The translations under genes and the position numbers were made by a program. 64,000 bases of DNA from Anaerolineales bacterium. Lineage in GTDB: Bacteria; Chloroflexota; Anaerolineae; Anaerolineales; UBA4823. Below, one piece after another: positions 45,670 through 54,060 of this stretch. The stretch covers positions 1,983 to 65,982 of the forward strand of contig JAGVAD010000017.1 in NCBI GenBank assembly GCA_020060465.1, written 5' to 3'. Under the pieces are notes generated by a model. The model made no database searches and had not been told where the DNA came from. It saw only the letters and a list, made by a program, of their open reading frames with translations. Position 1 is the stretch's first letter; the number at the start of each line of letters is the position of its first letter.

Positions 45670-46617
45670 TTAATTGACCACACCATACATTTGATCCGGC
45701 GTCAGAACCTCTGGAAAGCGAGGCCGCAGCGCCAGCCGGCTCTGATAACACAGATGACAGGCATCCGCGAAACCGCCGCGCAGAGGCAGATCGTAACTGC
45801 GCACCAGCGCAGCAGGCCCGCCGGATAAAAGCGGGGCTGCAATGGGGTGCATAAGCGGATCGTATTGGCGGATGACCTCAGCCAACGGTTGGTGATAGAG
45901 GTTGCCAATGGCGATGCCCTGGCAAAGATGGAGGTAACCGAACGGATCCACATGTAACCGTCCTGGATTTGCCAGGTCTTCGTAGGGACAGCGATCCAAT
46001 TCTTCCCACTGGGTTAGCGGAACAAGAGGGGTCAGCTTTTCGGCGGCGCGCCCACGATACATCAACCTGGCTGGCTCATCCGCTGCAATTTGACCATGCG
46101 AAGCGACCGAAGCCGTCGCTTCTGGCTGCGCAACCTGGATAAAGCCAACAGGGATGCCCAACGCCTCAGCCGCCTGGCGGGCGTTTTGCGCCTGTTGACT
46201 GACCATTTCATTGTAGTGATAGAGATCGCTGCTCACCGAAAGATCCTGGATCAGACCTGCCAGCGGCACAAGCCACAGGCGGGCGTCTTCTGGCGTGGTA
46301 GCCCAATAAGCGTTCGAGACCACCCCTACACGGAAGTCCATTTGGGCAGCTAGCTGCGCTGCTTTGAAGAGGAGCGGGGAATACAGAAACGGTTCGCCGC
46401 CCTCGAAATAGATTTCGCTAACTGTGCCTAGCTCTTGCGCCTGATGTAATATCAACTGAATATCCTGCAACGTCATCACGCCGGATTGCCAGGGACTACC
46501 CCAAACGAAGCAATGATCGCACTCAAAGGTGCATTGATAGGTCAACAAAAGGTGAAGACCATGAATATCCATATCAAAAGGGGGCAAGAAATAGCCAGAG
46601 GCTCTTCCTGCGAGCAT
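45670..46617 (-). CDS. Radical SAM protein with a Cys-rich C-terminal (SPASM/twitch-like) region
   Basis: CTFECDHC = CX3CX2C. FEGGEP. C-terminal Cys residues (CPYED...HLCQG...CHLC). The start is uncertain; an alternative is MDIHG at 46572. Confidence 0.7.
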   Translation of the reverse strand: MLAGRASGYFLPPFDMDIHGLHLLLTYQCTFECDHCFVWGSPWQSGVMTLQDIQLILHQAQELGTVSEIYFEGGEPFLYSPLLFKAAQLAAQMDFRVGVVSNAYWATTPEDARLWLVPLAGLIQDLSVSSDLYHYNEMVSQQAQNARQAAEALGIPVGFIQVAQPEATASVASHGQIAADEPARLMYRGRAAEKLTPLVPLTQWEELDRCPYEDLANPGRLHVDPFGYLHLCQGIAIGNLYHQPLAEVIRQYDPLMHPIAAPLLSGGPAALVRSYDLPLRGGFADACHLCYQSRLALRPRFPEVLTPDQMYGVVN

Positions 46618-46660
46618 GCGACGGACGGCAAGAAGATGTCTGCATCAGTGCAGCCATCAA

Positions 46661-47128
46661 TCAGCGCAGCTCTTCAGGGTATTTGCGCAAAATATCCGCA
46701 AAATCTTTCCATGCTTCTTGCAAGTTCTGATTGCGCGTGAGCAGGGCAAAATCCAGAGATTTCAACCGACCAAGGCATTCATTGGCGCGAGACAGGCGTT
46801 CTCTGGCTTGAAACTGCTGGTTGACGCCCATGAAGAGAGTAGTCAAAAAACCAAGCACGGCTGCTACGATGCAGGTCAGACGCCAGGCTGAGACATCATT
46901 GCCCCATATAGGGCCGGCAGCAGAGGTCCAAGCGGTGAGCAACGTAGTGGTCGCGGAAGAAAAGATGCCCGCAAAGCTCAGGGTGTTGTAAACCTTTTCC
47001 AAACGCGAAACATGGCTTTCGACTTTCTGTAAACTGGCGGAGACGCGCAGCGCCAGGGCTTGCAGATCGTTGGGAGAGCTTCCCGGAGGGGAGTCAGATA
47101 AACCAGCAGAATTGAGGGTCGGATCCAA
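46661..47128 (-). CDS. Hypothetical 2-TM protein
   Basis: N-terminal helix, two TM helices (aa about 50-100), and a C-terminal helical tail. No family confidently recognised. Confidence 0.45.
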   Translation of the reverse strand: MDPTLNSAGLSDSPPGSSPNDLQALALRVSASLQKVESHVSRLEKVYNTLSFAGIFSSATTTLLTAWTSAAGPIWGNDVSAWRLTCIVAAVLGFLTTLFMGVNQQFQARERLSRANECLGRLKSLDFALLTRNQNLQEAWKDFADILRKYPEELR

Positions 47129-47202
47129 GAATCACCTCGCCTTCTACTCAAGTTATGGCAACAAGCCATCCGCAATCGGCTTCTCGCGAAAGGATTTTAT
47201 GT

Positions 47203-47580
47203 TTACTGGGCCTCTGCAGCAGCGTCTTCAACTGGCGGTTCAACGATTGGCGAGGCGGTTATTTCGCTCGCTGCTCCTTGCGCCTCTTCGATTTTCTTTT
47301 GCGCTTCCGCCAACTGAGCTTTAAGGTCTGCCAGATTGGTTTCCATCTCATTCATTTTCTTACGTTGCTGGCGAATCGTCCAGCGCGCCCGAACATTGGA
47401 GGGCAGCGACACGAAAAAACTCATCAGCGCGCCAGACAGCAAAGCAACCAGCAACACCAGAGCCAGCGAGCTATCGAAGCGCCACAGCAAGAACGAGACC
47501 TGCACCGGCGCGCTATTTTGCAAAGCAAATACCACCGCCATCAGGGCAATAAACAGAGCGAAAAAGAGAAAAATCTGCAT
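47203..47580 (-). CDS. LapA-domain (DUF1049) membrane protein with a C-terminal coiled coil
   Basis: MQIFLFFALFIALMAVVFALQN...two TM helices, then NEMETNLADLKAQLAEAQKKIEEAQ. GGGAGG RBS 6 nt upstream of the chosen start. Confidence 0.65.
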   Translation of the reverse strand: MQIFLFFALFIALMAVVFALQNSAPVQVSFLLWRFDSSLALVLLVALLSGALMSFFVSLPSNVRARWTIRQQRKKMNEMETNLADLKAQLAEAQKKIEEAQGAASEITASPIVEPPVEDAAAEAQ

Positions 47581-47634
47581 AACGAGCCTCCCAGACAAAT
47601 TGAGTATGTCCGAACGCCGATCCCAACAAACCGC

Positions 47635-48228
47635 TTATGCCGACCCTTCGCTGAGCGCCTGGATGATTGCAGCGCAAAATTCAGGCAGATCATTGGGGGC
47701 GCGGCTGGTGATTAAATTGCCATCCACCACTACTGGTTCATCCAGATACTCTGCGCCAGCATTGATCAAGTCATCGCGCAACGCAACCACGCCCGTCGCC
47801 CGGCGACCGCGTAGGATACCCGCTGAGATCAACACCCAGGGAGCGTGGCAAATCGCCGCTACCACTTTCCCTAGTGCATGACATTCACGAGTCAATTGAA
47901 GTATTCCGGCATGGCGGCGCAAGTAATCCGGGGAGAAGCCGCCCGGAATCAAAAGAGCGTCCAGCTCTTGAACTTTAATGTCCTCTAAATCGGTCATCCG
48001 GTAACGCTTACCCTCCGGCATCACCGGTATGGGTACAGGCGTACCAAACCGCCCTGTGATCGGTTTATCGTTCAGGTAGGGCCGTGGATGAAAGCCCATA
48101 CGCACAGCCGCCACGAGAATCGAGGCGCCCTCCTCGCTAAGCCGCAGGATTGGATAAAGTAGTTCAATATCTTCGAATTCATGCGCTACCAAAATGGCAA
48201 TCTTTTTTCCAATCAGCCTGGTTGTCAT
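47635..48228 (-). CDS. DJ-1/PfpI-family protein
   Basis: IAILVAHEFEDIEL and the nucleophile elbow AAICHAPWVL. Confidence 0.88.
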   Translation of the reverse strand: MTTRLIGKKIAILVAHEFEDIELLYPILRLSEEGASILVAAVRMGFHPRPYLNDKPITGRFGTPVPIPVMPEGKRYRMTDLEDIKVQELDALLIPGGFSPDYLRRHAGILQLTRECHALGKVVAAICHAPWVLISAGILRGRRATGVVALRDDLINAGAEYLDEPVVVDGNLITSRAPNDLPEFCAAIIQALSEGSA

Positions 48229-49757
48229 GGTTTGCCTCCGGTTGGGTACTCATCAGGCGTTGTGGCGATAAACGGCCGCTCATCTTCGTGACAGATTACC
48301 TGAATGGTATTGCGCCCGGATGCAGCCACCACAGGCACGCTGCCACCCGGCTCGACCCACTGACCAGTCATATAGAAATTCGCCAACCCTGGCAGCGTTT
48401 TGCGCATCCCGTTGATCATCATCATCATGGTATCCCGCGTCAACAACCAACCACAGCTTGAACCTTGCCAGTTGCCGGTATAGCGCTCATAGCTGAGCGG
48501 GGTGGCGACGTCGCAGTACTCAATTTGCCCTTTGAGGCCCGGATAGCATTGCTCCAACCAATCTATCAGGATGCCTGATTCCTGGATTTGTTCGACGTTG
48601 TAAATTTTACGCCCATAGATGCGCTGCCAGTAATCGTACGGCGTGGTCAACATAATTTCGACCACCGATTTCCCTGGCGGGGCCAGGCTGGGATCAAAGC
48701 CATAGTGCTTTACGCCAACCTCATAACGATCCTCGCCAGCGATTAATAGCGGCTGATCTAACAAATACGTCACCCAATGCGGTTCATTTTCAAACGTCCG
48801 ATTCACTCCCAGGGAGACTTGCAATTGCGAATGGATGGGTAAATGCCCATCGTACAGCCTCTTGATCTGGCGATTGAGATAACGCCCGCCCAGCAAATCA
48901 AAGATGGTGCTGTGGCCATCGCAGGCGGAGATCACCCTGCCGGCGCGGTATTCCTGGTTGTCGTAGAGACGAACGCCAACCGCCCGGTCATTCTCAACCA
49001 GGATGCGTTCTACCTGTGCGTTGTAATGAATTTGCCCGCCCAACCCCAGGTAACGCTTCTCAATAGCGCGGGCGAATTCTAGCGAGCCGCCTACCGGAAA
49101 ACCAGCGTTGCGATTGTGCATATATGCCAGCAATGACATCCCTACCATTGTGGGTATGCTGCTCCAGGCGAACATTTGCGGGACCGCGCGGCGCAAAAAC
49201 GGATCTTTGAATCGCTGAGCGAAAGAGGCGGCGGAAAGCATGCCCCATTGCGCCAGAGGCAAAACAAAGGGCATCATCCTGCGACCAAGATCAGACCAAT
49301 CCTGTGGAGTCATCAAGGCTTTCGGTTTTTGCTGTAATAGAGAAAGGTCAAAGGTCGCGAATGCCCGTACCCCCTCGCAAAATTCCTCGATCAAATCCGC
49401 GTCCGCCGGAGATAGAGACTTCATGTGATCTTCGAGGCGGTCCGGGTCGCTGTAAACAATCAGGCTCTTGCCATCCTCAGCAATGATGCGCATGAATTCG
49501 TCATGATGAACAAATCCTCGGCCCTGAACTGCGCCTAACTCCTCCCACATGGCGTAGAAAGGCTGTCCGGGTGCGGAGCCGAACAGATAATGGATGCAAC
49601 CGTCGAAAACGTAATCTTTACGCTCCCAGGCAGTGCATAAACCACCAGGCAAATTGTGCATTTCGAATATTTGCGTGCTATAGCCGTTCATTTGGGCATA
49701 GCAACCCGCCGATAGGCCGGCAATTCCGGCTCCGATGATCAGGATATCGCTGTCCAT
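48225..49757 (-). CDS. FAD-dependent oxidoreductase, phytoene desaturase (CrtI)-family
   Basis: DILIIGAGIAGLSAG dinucleotide fold and a C-terminal YMTGQW.PGGS.P block. Start chosen at MDSDIL; the ORF-track start at 49820 is also possible. Confidence 0.75.
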   Translation of the reverse strand: MDSDILIIGAGIAGLSAGCYAQMNGYSTQIFEMHNLPGGLCTAWERKDYVFDGCIHYLFGSAPGQPFYAMWEELGAVQGRGFVHHDEFMRIIAEDGKSLIVYSDPDRLEDHMKSLSPADADLIEEFCEGVRAFATFDLSLLQQKPKALMTPQDWSDLGRRMMPFVLPLAQWGMLSAASFAQRFKDPFLRRAVPQMFAWSSIPTMVGMSLLAYMHNRNAGFPVGGSLEFARAIEKRYLGLGGQIHYNAQVERILVENDRAVGVRLYDNQEYRAGRVISACDGHSTIFDLLGGRYLNRQIKRLYDGHLPIHSQLQVSLGVNRTFENEPHWVTYLLDQPLLIAGEDRYEVGVKHYGFDPSLAPPGKSVVEIMLTTPYDYWQRIYGRKIYNVEQIQESGILIDWLEQCYPGLKGQIEYCDVATPLSYERYTGNWQGSSCGWLLTRDTMMMMINGMRKTLPGLANFYMTGQWVEPGGSVPVVAASGRNTIQVICHEDERPFIATTPDEYPTGGKP

Positions 49758-49980
49758 AATTTGGGTTTTTTGCGCCTTGTCCTCAAGGGTGGATGTTGCA
49801 TAAGGACATGATAAGGACATTAAGAATTATAGCATACAGGCTCTTGGGGGAACACTTTGCAGATTTGTTGATGAAATTCCTGTATAAATTTCCAACCTAT
49901 ATGATAAGATATTACCAGATGAAGCGAAGCCTCTATTTACATCTAGAGGCGCAATCATCCGATCACATGGGGATAAGAAT

Positions 49981-50856
49981 ATGGACAAGTATCAAGTGCT
50001 GATCGTCGAGGATGATAAAGACACAGCCAATTTTTTTGATCTGGTATTCAATCTGCTGGGGTTTCGCTGTCTCAAAGTCCATTCGGCTGAATCGGCGCTG
50101 TCGGCGCTTGAGAATTTGCTGCCAGACATGATTTTGTTAGATTTACATCTCGATCATCCTTACAGCGGCGAACAGATTTTGCTGAAGGTTCGATCCGATC
50201 GTCGCTTTGATGCGACGCGGGTGGTGGTGATCACCGCCTACCCAGTGATGGCGCGAGCGGTGACGGATCTGGCCGATCTGGTGTTGATAAAACCGGTTGA
50301 TGTTGAACAGCTAAAACTGCTTACCGGACGTTTATTGGGGATGGAAATCCGGCCTCGGCAGTATTTCTTCCGCGATCCAACCACGGATTTATTCAACCAG
50401 GAATTTTTCCACACGCGCCTGGAACATGCTTATGAAAGGAGCAAACGCCGCGAGGATTTTCATTACGGCGTTGTGGCGCTGGCAATTCATGTTGAAACCG
50501 AGACCGCCAAGACGATCCCTTCGCCGGTGCTTAAGCAAATCTATAGATGGGTCGCTGAGCGACTGAAGGGCAGTTTTCGTCCCACCGACACGCTGGCCCA
50601 TTTTGAAGGCAACCAGTTCGCCAGCTTACACGAAGAATTAAAACGCCCAGAAGATATCGAGGTAATCGTCCAGCGGATGAGAGAGGCGCTATCTCAACCG
50701 TGCATTGTGGCGGATCAAGAATACACAGTCTATCCATGCATTGGGGCAGCGACTAACAGCGCCTCTGACCAAAGCGCCCAGGATGTCCTCCTGGCGGCTC
50801 AACAAGCCTCGAAGGCTGCGCCGCAATTGGATACTCAATCTTCAAACATAGATTGA
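49981..50856 (+). CDS. Response regulator: REC domain + degenerate GGDEF domain
   Basis: REC domain (VEDDKD, LLDLHLD, LIKP). The GGDEF-fold C-terminus has EGNQF in place of GGDEF and RPTD (RxxD) five residues upstream. The metal-site DxD is replaced (ALAIHVE). Confidence 0.78.
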   Translation: MDKYQVLIVEDDKDTANFFDLVFNLLGFRCLKVHSAESALSALENLLPDMILLDLHLDHPYSGEQILLKVRSDRRFDATRVVVITAYPVMARAVTDLADLVLIKPVDVEQLKLLTGRLLGMEIRPRQYFFRDPTTDLFNQEFFHTRLEHAYERSKRREDFHYGVVALAIHVETETAKTIPSPVLKQIYRWVAERLKGSFRPTDTLAHFEGNQFASLHEELKRPEDIEVIVQRMREALSQPCIVADQEYTVYPCIGAATNSASDQSAQDVLLAAQQASKAAPQLDTQSSNID

Positions 50857-53435
50857 TCTATCCACTCATAACCGCAAAGGGGGAACCAGGAACGCTGGCG
50901 CAGCGTCTCATGAAGTACGCTGATGGAATGGTCATGAAATTCCACTTTCTGCGCCTTTTCTCTTTCTCGATCCTGATTCTCGTCTTAGGCGGGTTTGCTA
51001 TCTGGCTGTGGATTTTCAAGGACTTACCCGCAGTGGACGGTCTATCCACGCGCGCCCATATCCCCAGTGTGCGCATCGTAGATCGCAACAACCGTCTGTT
51101 GTATGAGGCGCTGCAGGATGACAACGGGCGGCACGCCGCCATCACTCTGGACGCCATCCCGCTGGCCTGTCAGCAAGCTACCATCGCTACAGAAGACCGA
51201 CGTTTCTATTCGCACCCAGGGGTGGATTTCGTGGGTATTTTGCGGGCAGCCTGGATCAATTTGCGCCGCGGCGAAACGCTGGCCGGTGGAAGCACGATCA
51301 CGCAGCAAGTGGCGCGCAATCTGCTGATGGACGCCCAGGAGCGCGGCGAACGCAGCCTGCGCCGCAAACTGCGCGAAGCAGCCCTCGCCTGGCAAATCAC
51401 TCGTAGCTTTTCCAAAGGTTATATCCTGAATTTATATCTCAACCAGTCTTATTACGGCGGCATGGCTTATGGCATCGAAGCTGCCGCGCAGACCTTCTTT
51501 GGCAAAAGCGTCCGTCAATTGGACGCGGCTGAATGCGCCATGTTAGCCGGCCTGCCTCAAGCCCCGGCGCTCTATAACCCTTTTACCGATCCCGAAGCGG
51601 CGAAAGAACGCCAGAGGGTTGTGCTGCGGCTGATGCAGGAGGATGGCTATCTGACCGCCGAACAGCGATTGCTGGCAGAACGAGAACCCCTGGTTTTCGC
51701 GGAAACACCCTACCCGATGGAAGCGCCGCACTTCGTGATGATGGCGCGCGCCGAATTGGATCGTCTGCTCCCGCCAGAACAACGTCATCTATACAGCGGT
51801 CTGGTGGTGCGAACGACGCTGGACCTGGACTGGCAGAAATTAGGTGAGGCCGCCGTGGCTCGTCATTTGGAGGAGTTGCAACGCAGCAATGACGGACTGG
51901 GGCATCGAGTCAACAACGCCGCCCTGGTCGCCCTGGATGCTCACAGCGGCGAGATTCTGGCGCTGATTGGCAGCCCAGATTACTTTGACGGGCAACATGG
52001 CGGAGCCATCAACATGGCGCTTGCGCCCCGCCAACCGGGGTCGGCGATCAAACCGCTGGTGTACGCCGCGGCGCTGGATCCACGTTCGCCGGGCGGCGGG
52101 TGGACCGCCGCGACCCTGTTGTTGGATGTAAGCACTGCATTTAGGACGCACAAAGGCGAAGCGTACATCCCCGCCAATTACGATTTGCGCCAGCACGGTC
52201 CGGTTTTGGTGCGTGAAGCGCTGGCTTCTTCCCTGAACATCCCGGCTGTGCTGACCCTGGAGCATGTTGGTTTGACCAACTTCTTCGGCCTGGCAAAAAA
52301 ACTGGGCATCAACACTTTTGGCAACCCGCAGGAATATGATCTCTCGCTGGCGCTGGGCGGCGGCGAAGTGCGGCTGCTGGAGCTTACCGCCGCTTATGCG
52401 GCGTTGGCGAACCAGGGTTATCGGATAGATCCGCAAATCATCCTGGAAGTGCGCGATCTCAACGACAACCTCATCTACCGCCCTGCAACACAAACTCAGA
52501 TGCGTGTGCTGGACGAGCGGGTTGCCTGGCTGATCAGTGATATTCTGAGCGACAATGAGGCGCGGCGTCTGGGTTTTGGCGCGCACAGCATTTTGCGCCT
52601 CGACCGGCCAGCAGCGGTAAAGACAGGCACTACCAGCAATTTTCACGATAACTGGACGATCGGTTACACCCCCGACCTGGTCGTCGGCGTTTGGTCGGGC
52701 AACACCAACTACGAACCGATGCGCGGCGTGAACGGCTTAAGCGGCGCTGCGCCCATCTGGCATCAATTTATGCGCTCGGCGCTGGCAAATCAACCGGCGA
52801 AAGCATTCGCAAGGCCGCCTGGGATGATCCAGGTGGAGATCTGCGCCCTGTCCGGGCGGCTGCCCACCCCTGAATGCCCCTACCGTCGTTTGGAATGGTT
52901 TATCGAGGGCACCCAACCCACGCAATTCGACACTTTCTATCGAGAGGTGGTGATAGACGCCAACACTGGGCGTCTGGCGACAGCGGAGACGCCCCCGGAG
53001 CGTTGGCTGCGGCGCACAGCGCTCGATTTGCCGCCGCAGGCGCAACCCTGGGCGCGCGCTCAAGGGCTGACGCTCTACGCAGATCTGCTGCCGTTGGAGG
53101 AGAGCAATGCGTCTGCCGAAGTGACGTCGTTGGCGTACCAGTCTTCGACAGAGGCGCTGCGGCTCGTTTCGCCAGCGGCAGGAAGTCTGTTTCGCCTCTC
53201 CTCTTCCATAAGTCGGGACGCCCAGAGGATTCAGCTTGAAGCCGTTGGCGCGCCGAATCTCCAAAGCGTTACTTTATGGGTGGATGGCGTGATGACGGCG
53301 CGTCTGGATCGAGCGCCGTATCGAACCTGGTGGACGCTGCAACCCGGCGCGCATCGCGCCTGGGCGGAGGCGGTTTTGGCAAACGGCCAACACCTCTCCA
53401 GCCCGGTGATCTATTTCTCCGTCGTCCAGGAATAA
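50853..53435 (+). CDS. Class A penicillin-binding protein (GT51 transglycosylase + transpeptidase), PBP1C-like
   Basis: ATEDRRFYSHPGVD and GGSTITQQ (GT51). SAIKP (SxxK), SLN and KTGTT (transpeptidase). The C-terminal domain of about 100 aa resembles the PBP1C-specific tail. The start is uncertain: TTG at 50853, or ATG at 50910 or 50928. Confidence 0.85.
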   Translation: MIYPLITAKGEPGTLAQRLMKYADGMVMKFHFLRLFSFSILILVLGGFAIWLWIFKDLPAVDGLSTRAHIPSVRIVDRNNRLLYEALQDDNGRHAAITLDAIPLACQQATIATEDRRFYSHPGVDFVGILRAAWINLRRGETLAGGSTITQQVARNLLMDAQERGERSLRRKLREAALAWQITRSFSKGYILNLYLNQSYYGGMAYGIEAAAQTFFGKSVRQLDAAECAMLAGLPQAPALYNPFTDPEAAKERQRVVLRLMQEDGYLTAEQRLLAEREPLVFAETPYPMEAPHFVMMARAELDRLLPPEQRHLYSGLVVRTTLDLDWQKLGEAAVARHLEELQRSNDGLGHRVNNAALVALDAHSGEILALIGSPDYFDGQHGGAINMALAPRQPGSAIKPLVYAAALDPRSPGGGWTAATLLLDVSTAFRTHKGEAYIPANYDLRQHGPVLVREALASSLNIPAVLTLEHVGLTNFFGLAKKLGINTFGNPQEYDLSLALGGGEVRLLELTAAYAALANQGYRIDPQIILEVRDLNDNLIYRPATQTQMRVLDERVAWLISDILSDNEARRLGFGAHSILRLDRPAAVKTGTTSNFHDNWTIGYTPDLVVGVWSGNTNYEPMRGVNGLSGAAPIWHQFMRSALANQPAKAFARPPGMIQVEICALSGRLPTPECPYRRLEWFIEGTQPTQFDTFYREVVIDANTGRLATAETPPERWLRRTALDLPPQAQPWARAQGLTLYADLLPLEESNASAEVTSLAYQSSTEALRLVSPAAGSLFRLSSSISRDAQRIQLEAVGAPNLQSVTLWVDGVMTARLDRAPYRTWWTLQPGAHRAWAEAVLANGQHLSSPVIYFSVVQE

Positions 53436-53436
53436 C

Positions 53437-53829
53437 CTACTCGACCTCTCGGCCGCCTTTGAGACGAGCCTGCAACGCCTCCAATTCAGCCCTCTTTCCC
53501 TGCGCCGCAAGCTGCGCCTGTTCGGGCCAAGAAGCGGGGTCAATGAAGCGCAGATCGGCATCCTCTAAAATCTGGCGCAATCGCTCGACGTCCGTTGCAG
53601 CCAGTTGAGAAAAGGTCTGAATGCCGGCCTGGTTCAACAATTGATTAACTTTGGGACCAACGCCCTCGATAAGCGTCAGGTCATCGGGTTGAAGCGCGGC
53701 CGGTTCGGCGCTCGGCTCATGCGCATGCACATCAAAATCCGGTTTATAGGATTTGACATTGCGCAACAGCGCCCACCAGACGATCAAAACAATGGCAATA
53801 ATGATCAGAAGAATGATCCAACTTCCCAT
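53437..53829 (-). CDS. Membrane-anchored helix-hairpin-helix domain protein
   Basis: N-terminal TM helix (WIILLIIIAIVLIVWW). LTLIEGVGPKVNQLLNQAGIQTFSQLA HhH motif. Start at MGSW, with GGAGGAG upstream. Confidence 0.6.
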   Translation of the reverse strand: MGSWIILLIIIAIVLIVWWALLRNVKSYKPDFDVHAHEPSAEPAALQPDDLTLIEGVGPKVNQLLNQAGIQTFSQLAATDVERLRQILEDADLRFIDPASWPEQAQLAAQGKRAELEALQARLKGGREVE

Positions 53830-53987
53830 AAAGCATCTCCTCCTCAATTTATTCTTCAAATAAGAACATTCAGAAAGCCAGGTCCTCGATGAGCAAGCAA
53901 CCGTGTTCCAACCAATCAGAAAAGTAAGAGAGCGCCGGACTGACGCATCGCTACAGGATTATATCTCAGCCAATAAATTCGCGCAGT

Positions 53988-54015
53988 AAAAAACGAGCGG
54001 AGCCTGGCTCCGCCC
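53988..54015 (-). terminator. Putative intrinsic terminator downstream of the alpha-2-macroglobulin gene
   Basis: On the minus strand: GGGCGGAG-ccagg-CUCCGCUC followed by GUUUUUU. Confidence 0.6.
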
Positions 54016-54060
54016 GTTTCCTTGATTGACACCCTCCAGCCAATCTGCTAACGGTTTGCG

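Noticed and set aside
46661-47128. Whether the 2-TM protein is a SLATT-type effector of a nucleotide-signalling defence system.
   Set aside because: Only the general topology resembles SLATT: a helix, two TM helices, then a helix. There is no adjacent SMODS, SLOG, CD-NTase or TIR partner, and I recognised no diagnostic motif.
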